From an uncultured Dehalococcoidales bacterium (GTDB taxonomy: Bacteria > Chloroflexota > Dehalococcoidia > Dehalococcoidales > UBA2162), in NCBI GenBank assembly GCA_964543495.1, contig CAZIYN010000001.1, positions 1-55,775 on the forward strand: DNA of 55,775 bases. The letters run 5' to 3'. The translations under genes were made by a program, and so were the position numbers. The notes below the pieces were generated by a model. That model worked only from the letters and a program-made list of their open reading frames with translations, searched no databases and was not told the origin of the DNA. How positions within the stretch are numbered: the stretch's first letter is position 1; the number at the start of each line of letters is the position of its first letter. Below are positions 1 through 6,719 of the stretch, in pieces.

Positions 1-55
1 CCCCCCTTACTGATTTTAGTAATATCAGAAATATTTCATAATGTCAAGTCGAAGA
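1..55. repeat. Terminal direct repeat copy 1 (identical to 55721-55775)
   Basis: Exact 55-nt identity between the first and last 55 nt of the window. Implies a circular or terminally redundant complete genome. Confidence 0.95.
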
Positions 56-791
56 ACGGCACTTCCACCAGCTCCGGAACGCGGATTCCCTCTCCGTGAC
101 CGTATACCCCGGACTCGCCGAAACCCTCCCCGTGGTCCGCGGTAATCGTTATCCTGTCGAAGTACGCCACCAGGCGCTCAACGGACTTCAAGGCAGCAAC
201 CAGGTTACCGACGTAGGCCTCGATGAGCAGCTCTCCATAGCCCTCATCGAATATATTTTCTATTGATGGAAGAAAAAGCCCTACCGCATCGTGCATACCC
301 GTCCACACCGCGTCCGTCAGCTCCGGACTGCCGATATAAGGGCTGTGAGGCTGGATGAAGTGGGCGACTATCGACTTCTCCGGATTATCCCTTGCCGCGG
401 CGATCGCCGCCTCCACGATGGTATCCGGCATCACAGTTCCCTTCTCCTCGTCGTAGCCCCAGTCCCACACATCCACGACCGAATCGAAGTGATCCATCCC
501 GATGAACTTCGCCTGCCTTTTATCCCGGATAGAGGCGGCTATGTAGGGGATTGAAGACAGGTAGACCGCCGGATACCTGCCGGTGAAGGTATTGACCGCC
601 CACTCGACGGTCGTCGACCCGGCGGAAATCACCTTGCCGAGTTGCCCGGGAAGCCAGTTGACCTTCTCGAAGATATCATACCTGCAGGCGTCAAGCAGGC
701 ATATCAACCGGCCCGGGTCTTGTAGGCGTAATATGAGGCTTTCCTGTTGCGTCGACCCTGGTTGGGGTCTCGCTATCGATGTTTGATTCAT
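36..791 (-). CDS. Alkaline-phosphatase-superfamily metalloenzyme (sulfatase/NPP/PglZ-like), 251 aa
   Basis: LLDACRYD (metal Asp), SAGSTTVEW..FTG (Ser/Thr nucleophile region), ITADHGEGFGE..YGHG (DHG..H metal site). GGAGGG lies 12 nt upstream. The stop codon is inside the terminal repeat. Confidence 0.7.
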   Translation of the reverse strand: MNQTSIARPQPGSTQQESLILRLQDPGRLICLLDACRYDIFEKVNWLPGQLGKVISAGSTTVEWAVNTFTGRYPAVYLSSIPYIAASIRDKRQAKFIGMDHFDSVVDVWDWGYDEEKGTVMPDTIVEAAIAAARDNPEKSIVAHFIQPHSPYIGSPELTDAVWTGMHDAVGLFLPSIENIFDEGYGELLIEAYVGNLVAALKSVERLVAYFDRITITADHGEGFGESGVYGHGEGIRVPELVEVPFFDLTL

Positions 792-1023
792 CTGTTTCGC
801 TTACCCTCCTTCCCAGCTTGCCGCTCTCCCCGTGGACCCGGGTATCGGGGCGGTGGTCGGTATTATAGAAGCCCGAGCCTTTGAAAATAACGGCATTAGG
901 CTGGATTAATCTCTTGAGCTGCCCGCCGCAGCTCCCGCATATCTCCAGAGGATCATCATCGAAGCCCTGGTTTGCCTCAACTTCATCCCCGCACTCTTCA
1001 CACTTATAAACATAGGTCGGCAT
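691..1023 (-). CDS. FmdB-family CxxC..CxxC zinc-ribbon protein
   Basis: MPTYVYKCEECG..CGSCGG..KGSGFY matches the FmdB/CxxC_CxxC_SSSS signature. The 3' 101 nt overlap the next gene out of frame. Confidence 0.75.
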   Translation of the reverse strand: MPTYVYKCEECGDEVEANQGFDDDPLEICGSCGGQLKRLIQPNAVIFKGSGFYNTDHRPDTRVHGESGKLGRRVSETDESNIDSETPTRVDATGKPHITPTRPGPVDMPA

Positions 1024-1032
1024 TTCTCCTCC

Positions 1033-1866
1033 TTACATATATCCCCATGATCTCAGCCTGAGCATCACGTCCTTACTCTCCTTATCCTGCATACGCCCGC
1101 TCCTCTCGATACCAGGAGTCATGTAGACCTCGCTGGTTATCTCGGTAATCGTCTTCGCTTTGGACTCGACGGGCTCAGTGCAGCATTCGCAGCCCAACGA
1201 ACGATACCGGCGCCAAATCCCGTCTTCATATTCCCTGGCAAAGTACAGGGGATTAACCGGTATATCATGCAGAAGGATATACTGCCAGACTTCCGCCTCG
1301 GTCCACGGGAGAATAGCGTTAACGCGAACGTGAGCCGACTTCTCCTGCTCCGGAGCGGTAACTCCATAACCCCCAAATCTCGCGGTATACTGCCAGTTTC
1401 CATCTTCATCACGTAAAGACATCAGGTCTTCAAGCCCACGAACGTAATGCTCATCGTGCCTGATAGCCATTACAAGGGCATCAAAGTGATTATCCTCAAT
1501 CGTCTTCTTCAGCACGTTGGTCTTGAGAGCGGTGCAGCACTCGTAACGCCCCAGGGTATCGGGAGAGAGGTTGTAGATCTCGCGGTCGGGGTTCGTCACT
1601 ACCATCAGCGGGATATCCCACAGCATCTTCATTCTATTACGAAACTTATATATCTCCTGAAACTTATAGCCGGTATCGATATGGATAACCGGCCACGGGA
1701 AATAGCCGAAAGCCTTTTTAATGAGGTAAAGGGTCATGGTACTGTCTTTACCCGTCGACCATAAAACGGCTGGCTTGCTCGCTATCTGAGGGACACTCCT
1801 CAGCATCTTGATGGTATCGCTCTCGAGGAGCTGTAATTTATTCATTAGGCCTTTATCCTCCCCCAT
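1033..1866 (-). CDS. cysD: CysD-like sulfate adenylyltransferase subunit 2 (PP-loop, PAPS-reductase superfamily)
   Basis: PP-loop LWSTGKDS, HIDTGYKFQEIYKFRN, RYRSLGCECCT..VES and C-terminal ERSGRMQDKES..LRSWGYM are colinear with E. coli CysD. Alternative start at 1845 (TAATG coupling). Confidence 0.8.
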   Translation of the reverse strand: MGEDKGLMNKLQLLESDTIKMLRSVPQIASKPAVLWSTGKDSTMTLYLIKKAFGYFPWPVIHIDTGYKFQEIYKFRNRMKMLWDIPLMVVTNPDREIYNLSPDTLGRYECCTALKTNVLKKTIEDNHFDALVMAIRHDEHYVRGLEDLMSLRDEDGNWQYTARFGGYGVTAPEQEKSAHVRVNAILPWTEAEVWQYILLHDIPVNPLYFAREYEDGIWRRYRSLGCECCTEPVESKAKTITEITSEVYMTPGIERSGRMQDKESKDVMLRLRSWGYM

Positions 1867-2090
1867 TCAATTTTATCCCACATTCTCTCGTGGTAATAAT
1901 AAAGAACCGTCCTGACAGCATGAAACACCACCGTTATGATGGTAGTTTCCTGCCAATCGCGCGTCACCAGCCAGCTGAGGCCGCCGAGTATAAAAATTCC
2001 GATCACCCTCCAGATGATAGACTTCACCCAGGATCTCCGCTTCATCTCTCCCAGATAACCGAAACGGCGAAGTTTCTCGTCAACCTTCAT
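1845..2090 (-). CDS. DUF2061-type small membrane protein
   Basis: RRSWVKSIIWRVIG, two TM helices, then YYYHERMW. This family is often linked to sulfate-assimilation genes. Confidence 0.65.
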   Translation of the reverse strand: MKVDEKLRRFGYLGEMKRRSWVKSIIWRVIGIFILGGLSWLVTRDWQETTIITVVFHAVRTVLYYYHERMWDKIEWGRIKA

Positions 2091-2481
2091 CCCGCCCCAT
2101 TTCTTGAGAAATATTCTCTCTTATAATCCCCGCCTGTCTCCGGAGCCAGTTACGTGCCTTGGTCCACCCCAGGAAGAAAGACGCCAGCCGCGGGTCCTGC
2201 TTCCGGACGGAATCTATAAGCCACCCGTCTGTAAACCAGTCGACCGACCTCAAATTAGAAGCGATATTCCTTATCTTCTGCTGCCATTCAGGGGAAAGCA
2301 TCTTCCAAAGCTCTTTGTTCTTTTCGACATACTCGGTAACAGTTTCGATATCGAGGGGATGCTTCTGCAGCATTTCCAGGAGCACACCCCGAATCATCTC
2401 CGGAGACACCTGCCCAAATACCGCCCGGGCAATAGGGCCTTTAAGATTAGCGAGCTGCTTAAGGTTTACCATTTCACTCAA
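2080..2481 (-). CDS. Hypothetical protein, 133 aa
   Basis: Minus-strand tiling ORF. No motif recognised. Confidence 0.55.
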   Translation of the reverse strand: MSEMVNLKQLANLKGPIARAVFGQVSPEMIRGVLLEMLQKHPLDIETVTEYVEKNKELWKMLSPEWQQKIRNIASNLRSVDWFTDGWLIDSVRKQDPRLASFFLGWTKARNWLRRQAGIIRENISQEMGRDEG

Positions 2482-3499
2482 CCCTCTTAACGGCTACACG
2501 CAGACCACAGTTGGCACATTCCCCATGGGTGGCCGTGGGGCCGACAATAATCGGCTCGCTGCAATCGGGGCACTCGATTTCCCCCGATTCTCCCTTACCG
2601 ACCTCAATATGGTAGCCTTTCGGAGGCCCTTCCTGTGTTCTCCCCGGCGGTGGCGCCTCCCTCTCAACAGGGGTCCCTCCCCCGGCATCAACGTCCATCA
2701 AGGCCTGGGCAATAACCCGGCCGATAGTCTCCGGAGCCCTCATCAGCATTTCGTCCCGCTTCTGCTTTTGAGCAATCTCTTCCTTCCGCATTTCCCTTTC
2801 CTCATCCCACTGCTTCATCTTCAAATCGAACTCCCGGTCCGCCCTCTTCTCCTCCCTCTCCATTTTCTTCATTTCCAGCTGGTGCTCCCAGTCAAGCTTC
2901 TTCAGCTCGATACTCACCACAGCGTCCTGGGACGCTTCCGGATTATAAGCACCGAGTGCCTTGGCGACACTCAACGCCTCTTCATACTGCTCGATAAACG
3001 ACTTCTTAGCAGAAGTACTCGCCTTCATATCTTCCAGGGCTTTCATCATCACCTGCAGGGTGCCCTGGGTCTTCACCTCGACAAGCTCCAGCTCCTTGGC
3101 ATGAAGACGTTCCATAAGAGCATCCGCCCGGGCGCTCTGGTTCGAGGCCGCCTGCTCGGCTTCGGCCCTCGCGTCCTTAAGCTCGGACTCGAGCTGGCGC
3201 TGGCGCTCCATCAGGTCGAATTCCCCGAGGTTAATCTGCCCCTTGATACCGAAGGGAGATTCCTGTTGAGGCTTGCTATCGGCCTTTTCAGCTTCCGCCG
3301 TATCCTTCTTCACCTTCTTTTCAAGCTCTGCTTTCTTCGCCTCGTGCGAGAGCTCCTCTATCTCTTCATCCCTTTCTATCCTCCTCTTCCTGGCCTTAGT
3401 CGCCGCGTCCTCCAGAACCTCATTTTCCGGTTTCTGAGAACCAGCTCTCTCCCCGAAGGGAACCTGCCATTCTTTACCCTTACTGGTTGTCATTTCCAC
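2474..3499 (-). CDS. Coiled-coil protein with C-terminal zinc ribbon, 341 aa
   Basis: Long E/K/R/A-rich heptad-like region. C-terminus has CPDC..(14)..CANC. The antisense 452-aa ORF is low complexity. Confidence 0.6.
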   Translation of the reverse strand: MEMTTSKGKEWQVPFGERAGSQKPENEVLEDAATKARKRRIERDEEIEELSHEAKKAELEKKVKKDTAEAEKADSKPQQESPFGIKGQINLGEFDLMERQRQLESELKDARAEAEQAASNQSARADALMERLHAKELELVEVKTQGTLQVMMKALEDMKASTSAKKSFIEQYEEALSVAKALGAYNPEASQDAVVSIELKKLDWEHQLEMKKMEREEKRADREFDLKMKQWDEEREMRKEEIAQKQKRDEMLMRAPETIGRVIAQALMDVDAGGGTPVEREAPPPGRTQEGPPKGYHIEVGKGESGEIECPDCSEPIIVGPTATHGECANCGLRVAVKRVE

Positions 3500-4229
3500 C
3501 TCCTGCTCCCAAATTGATCAACCCTAGAGCCAGCCCCCTGCCCTGGTAGAAATCCTCGACACAGTCGTCGAGAAAGTCACCCAGACTCAGAGGCAAGCCG
3601 GTTATATCAACCGATGATTGATTTGCTATTTTATAGAGAGAAAGCGTATGCAGTGAGAGCCTCACGTTGCACATGATGCCCTCATCAGCTACGCTTTTGG
3701 GAATCGCTACGTTTTTCTTTTTGCCGTCGCCCTTCGATTTGTCTTCTTCCCCTTTCTCTTTCTCCTCGGGAACATTAACAGCTTCCCCGAACAGGTTATC
3801 AAGGTCATCAGGCTTAGACGATTCTTCCTCCGAGGGGTTTTCAGGAGGGTTTTTTGGCACTGCAGGCTCTTCTTCGGGAGAGGCATCTTCAGGAGGGTTT
3901 TTTGGCACTGCAGGCTCTTCTTCGGGAGAGGCATCTTCAGCCGTCGTTTCACCAGAAGGCCCCTTCGTTTCATTAGATGGCTCCTCCGTCTCAGCAGTAG
4001 GAGCTTTCGTTTCACTTACTCCGGCGATCGTCTCTCCCCCCGGTAGAGAAATAGAGCTCTTTGTTTTCCTACTTCTTGATACGTCAACGTTCTCAGGCCC
4101 TTTCCACTCGTTATAGTAGCGAAAAGCCGTCCGCCTCTTGACCAAGGCCAGTACCTCCGGGGAAGTAGGAATCTTCCCTTCATCGAACAGCTTTAGTACC
4201 TTAGGTTTCTGCGGAATTTTTTTTGGCAC
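3480..4229 (-). CDS. Acidic repeat protein with basic N-terminus (possible DNA-binding, autoregulated)
   Basis: ORF is open up to TTG 4283. GTG 4229 has GAGG 8 nt upstream. Contains an exact tandem EDASPEEEPAVPKNPP x2. Confidence 0.55.
   Translation of the reverse strand: MPKKIPQKPKVLKLFDEGKIPTSPEVLALVKRRTAFRYYNEWKGPENVDVSRSRKTKSSISLPGGETIAGVSETKAPTAETEEPSNETKGPSGETTAEDASPEEEPAVPKNPPEDASPEEEPAVPKNPPENPSEEESSKPDDLDNLFGEAVNVPEEKEKGEEDKSKGDGKKKNVAIPKSVADEGIMCNVRLSLHTLSLYKIANQSSVDITGLPLSLGDFLDDCVEDFYQGRGLALGLINLGAGGGNDNQ
3841..3938. repeat. Perfect 48-bp tandem duplication inside a CDS
   Basis: tcaggagggttttttggcactgcaggctcttcttcgggagaggcatct occurs twice back to back. Each unit carries a TTTTGGCAC half-site. 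Confidence 0.9.
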
Positions 4230-4261
4230 TACTAAAACCTCACTAATCAATGCCAATAAAT

Positions 4262-4280
4262 TTTTGGCACTCTGCCAAAA
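4262..4280. promoter_or_regulatory. Palindromic operator candidate TTTTGGCA-CTC-TGCCAAAA
   Basis: 8-3-8 inverted repeat just downstream of the minus-strand promoter. A related perfect palindrome lies at 29059-29079. Confidence 0.6.
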
Positions 4281-4296
4281 CAAGTCTAAACCTTAT

Positions 4297-4324
4297 ACTA
4301 TAATGAATTCTTCGCCGATGTCAA
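4297..4324 (-). promoter_or_regulatory. Sigma70-like promoter (TTGACA-N16-TATAGT), leftward
   Basis: Read on the minus strand: -35 at 4324-4319, -10 at 4302-4297. Confidence 0.6.
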
Positions 4325-4333
4325 TCCCCCTTC

Positions 4334-4362
4334 TTGACTTAACACGATAACTGTGATATTAG
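4334..4362 (+). promoter_or_regulatory. Sigma70-like promoter (TTGACT-N17-TATTAG), rightward, leaderless
   Basis: The -10 ends 7 nt before ATG 4370 and there is no SD, so a leaderless mRNA is predicted. It sits back to back with the leftward promoter. Confidence 0.5.
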
Positions 4363-4369
4363 TAAAAGT

Positions 4370-4975
4370 ATGAGAAGGGATTTAATCGGCCTGCTGATAC
4401 AGGAAACCTCGCGCCTGTTCACCGCTTATCTCCAGACGCGCCCGCGCCGGTATTCCGCTCCCGAACCGGCACCGCCCGAATTTCCCGTCATCGTAGCGGA
4501 GATTTCCGAAGGAACGGCAGGGGAAACCGATGGCTCCGAGAGCTCTGTCGCGGCGGGATGCGTCCCCTGCTCCATTAACCACCTCGCTACCTGCTCCGGG
4601 CTTTTGTCAGAGGGGATGCGCTTCGCCAGGTCCGACGGGCTTCAGAGCAACGAGGTTATCGACAGGGTTACCCACTGTCTCGAGGAGCTCTCCACCATGG
4701 AGAGGGAGGATCTGGCACCGGTAAAGGTTGCCCGGCTTCCGGAATGGGAGAGGGCCCTCGCCAACGAAGCTGCCAATACCAGCCGCAACATCCGTCACCG
4801 CCTTGAAGGCCTGGCATCAATAAACGACCTGGAAGCGGCAGCAGCCGACGCCCAGGGCGCCAGGCAGGACATAGGCCGCGGCTGGTTTAAAGAGAGACTC
4901 TCGAGGATGGACCAGGGTGAAAAAGAAGAGCTCACCCAGAAGGCCATCGAGAGGATTAACAACCAGGAGGAATAA
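4370..4975 (+). CDS. Hypothetical protein, 201 aa
   Basis: First gene of the only plus-strand block. Has CVPC..H..C and a coiled-coil C-terminus. Confidence 0.6.
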   Translation: MRRDLIGLLIQETSRLFTAYLQTRPRRYSAPEPAPPEFPVIVAEISEGTAGETDGSESSVAAGCVPCSINHLATCSGLLSEGMRFARSDGLQSNEVIDRVTHCLEELSTMEREDLAPVKVARLPEWERALANEAANTSRNIRHRLEGLASINDLEAAAADAQGARQDIGRGWFKERLSRMDQGEKEELTQKAIERINNQEE

Positions 4976-4977
4976 CT

Positions 4978-5253
4978 ATGACCATAGAAAATGATAACAA
5001 TGCCCCATGCGACGTCGACGATCTGCTGTGCCAGATAGAAGCCCTCGGGCATCTTAAGGGACTCCGCCAGGTAGTAGGAGAGGACAAGTTCAAGGAGAGC
5101 TTCCCGGACCTGGCATCGCTCGGCGACCGCCTCGATGAGAAAATATCCTCGAGCAGGACATCGCTCGAAGAATCACTGAAGAAGTGCGGACTCCCGTCCG
5201 TCGAAGACCTGGGAGAGATTATAGATGAACCGCAGCCGGCAGAATCGGATTAG
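4978..5253 (+). CDS. Hypothetical acidic protein, 91 aa
   Basis: Starts 3 nt after the previous stop. Plus-strand block. Confidence 0.6.
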   Translation: MTIENDNNAPCDVDDLLCQIEALGHLKGLRQVVGEDKFKESFPDLASLGDRLDEKISSSRTSLEESLKKCGLPSVEDLGEIIDEPQPAESD

Positions 5254-5368
5254 CGAATCACCCGTCGCTACTACCGCCAACACAATATTCCTTTCGATCC
5301 TCAGCGGAATCGGTCTGGGGATAGGCTTCATGCTGGTCGACAAGGTAACAAAGAAGGCGAAGACTTAA
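5225..5368 (+). CDS. Small single-TM protein, 47 aa (below ORF-track cutoff)
   Basis: ATG 5225 to TAA 5368. Translates to MNRSRQNRISESPVATTANTIFLSILSGIGLGIGFMLVDKVTKKAKT. Confidence 0.35.
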   Translation: MNRSRQNRISESPVATTANTIFLSILSGIGLGIGFMLVDKVTKKAKT

Positions 5369-5385
5369 CCCGAAGGGAGACAACC

Positions 5386-5667
5386 ATGGCCAAGTGCGTG
5401 CCCTGCATGGCAGAATCACTCAAAGATATAATCCGTGAATTCACGGACGACCCTCATACCCTCAAGCAGGTCGACGAGATAGCCACCTGCTCCCTGGGTG
5501 AAATCATGGAGCTCTGCGGCGGCAAGACCGGTGGCAGAAAGCCCAGCGCCTACAACGAGTTTATCTCCCAGTGTATGAAGGGCAAGCCCATCAAGGGAAA
5601 GCCGTTCGGCACCGCGTCCAAATACATGAAAGAGTGCAGCGAGGAATGGAAAGCTCTCAAGCCGTAA
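5386..5667 (+). CDS. Small protein with HMG-box/YABBY-like C-terminal motif
   Basis: GAAGGGAG SD upstream. RKPSAYNEFI..(25)..ECSEEWKALK resembles PSAYNrFI...W of YABBY/HMG helices. Confidence 0.55.
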   Translation: MAKCVPCMAESLKDIIREFTDDPHTLKQVDEIATCSLGEIMELCGGKTGGRKPSAYNEFISQCMKGKPIKGKPFGTASKYMKECSEEWKALKP

Positions 5668-5852
5668 AGATCCCACAGGATATCCTGGAGAAACTCCCGG
5701 AAGACCTCGACATCCGCCTCAAAGAATACCACTGCGGCAACTGCGGGCGCTTCCTCTGCCTGCAGGCCCTTATCGAAGGGACCGTCGTCATCAAGTGCCG
5801 GCGTTGCAAGGAGTGGAACATCCTGGATGCCAGGGCCGTAGAAGAGCCTTGA
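5646..5852 (+). CDS. Com-like zinc-finger protein (Mu Com family)
   Basis: HCGNCGRFLCLQALIEGTVVIKCRRCKEWNILD fits the pattern CxxC..L..(I/V)xIKCxRCKxxN. ATG 5646 overlaps the upstream gene by 22 nt. Confidence 0.6.
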   Translation: MESSQAVKIPQDILEKLPEDLDIRLKEYHCGNCGRFLCLQALIEGTVVIKCRRCKEWNILDARAVEEP

Positions 5853-5877
5853 CAGTTCCCTCCGGTTGATGTATATA
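5849..5877 (+). promoter_or_regulatory. Consensus sigma70 promoter TTGACA-N17-TATATA(AT)
   Basis: -35 at 5849-5854 overlaps the TGA of the Com-like gene. -10 at 5872-5877. Confidence 0.7.
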
Positions 5878-5930
5878 ATACCTGAAAGGTCGACTAGACT
5901 TAGACCACTTAGGTCACCAAGGTCACTGAG

Positions 5931-5946
5931 GCCGCCGAGAGGCGGC
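5931..5946 (+). promoter_or_regulatory. GNRA-loop hairpin GCCGCC-GAGA-GGCGGC in the 5' leader
   Basis: Lies between the promoter and SD AAGGAG (5958). Preceded by GGTCAC x2 (5912, 5921) and followed by a T-rich stretch. Confidence 0.45.
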
Positions 5947-5970
5947 TAATTCTTTATAAGGAGACTGTCG

Positions 5971-6213
5971 ATGATTCTCACAACCATGCCCGGCTACGTC
6001 AAGCGGCGCCCTGCACCCCATAAACTCGGCAACATCACCACCCGGCAGCACAGCGGTTTCGTCCTGGCGAAATACCCCAAAGACTACCCGCGCACCGCTC
6101 AACAGCGGAAAGTTGCCAGTGTGGCAGCCGACTGCGGCATCAAAAAAGGTATCAGCAGGAACGACCTCATCAGCAAGATGATTGACTGTGTAGGTCCCAA
6201 GATGCGGAAATAG
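5971..6213 (+). CDS. Small basic protein, paralog of 6275-6466
   Basis: KYPKDYPRTAQQRKVASVAADCGIKKGISRNDLISKMIDCV compared with KKYPVTEQQQRFRQVLDMCGIRKGITRDELVDAMKNCV in the paralog. Confidence 0.65.
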   Translation: MILTTMPGYVKRRPAPHKLGNITTRQHSGFVLAKYPKDYPRTAQQRKVASVAADCGIKKGISRNDLISKMIDCVGPKMRK

Positions 6214-6257
6214 TTCCAACCATACGGTTTTGATTGCCGGAGTGATCTACCCAAAAT

Positions 6258-6288
6258 TTAAAGGGGACTGAATATCAGTCCCCTTTAA
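6258..6288. terminator. Bidirectional hairpin terminator between convergent paralogs
   Basis: ttaaaggggactga-ata-tcagtcccctttaa, a 14-bp perfect stem flanked by A/T runs on both sides. Confidence 0.7.
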
Positions 6289-6466
6289 TCTTTCTCCAGG
6301 CATCCGGGACGCAGTTCTTCATGGCGTCCACCAGTTCGTCTCTCGTTATCCCCTTACGGATGCCACACATATCGAGTACCTGGCGGAATCTCTGCTGCTG
6401 CTCGGTGACCGGATACTTTTTCGGCCGCTTCCGGACAATAAAAAGTTTACGCTCCTTCGTCTCCAC
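6275..6466 (-). CDS. Small basic protein, paralog of 5971-6213
   Basis: See the paralog alignment. Convergent orientation. Confidence 0.65.
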   Translation of the reverse strand: METKERKLFIVRKRPKKYPVTEQQQRFRQVLDMCGIRKGITRDELVDAMKNCVPDAWRKIKGD

Positions 6467-6719
6467 CGTCGCACTCCAGCAGGAGAGTATTGTCTTCGTG
6501 GTCCACCCTTATCCGGCACCTCTTCCCTTCCAGAAAAGCCGACGGGACGGCGTCCAGCCCGTCGAATATCTCCCCGAAGCCCTCGTCGGACTCGATATCG
6601 ATCATCTCCGCCTCGCCCTCTTCGCCGTTAATTAAAAAACGACCTTTCGACAGCAGTTCTTTCACCTCGACGCAGGGCACGCAGTGCTCCGCCACGTATA
6701 CTTTTACTTTCTTGGCCAT
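6447..6719 (-). CDS. Thioredoxin/glutaredoxin-fold protein (CVPC)
   Basis: MAKKVKVYVAEHCVPCVEVK.. with a cis-Pro-like AVPSAF. GGGAGAAG SD before ATG 6719. Confidence 0.7.
   Translation of the reverse strand: MAKKVKVYVAEHCVPCVEVKELLSKGRFLINGEEGEAEMIDIESDEGFGEIFDGLDAVPSAFLEGKRCRIRVDHEDNTLLLECDGGDEGA

Noticed and set aside
1-55. Terminal repeat as a biological packaging DTR
   Set aside because: This is not excluded. However, the length equals a standard assembler k-mer, and a gene and a terminator hairpin are split by the ends. That favours an assembly overlap of a circular molecule.
2159-3517. 452-aa plus-strand ORF, one of the largest in the track
   Set aside because: It is antisense to the 341-aa coiled-coil/zinc-ribbon gene. 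Its Leu/Ser/Pro/Arg-rich low-complexity translation is typical of a shadow ORF, and it has no SD or promoter context.
4225-4280. TGGCAC elements read as sigma54 -24 boxes (also at 29063 and 28560)
   Set aside because: No TTGC -12 element lies at the required GG-N10-GC spacing. The sites are palindromic, which fits a dimeric DNA-binding protein better.
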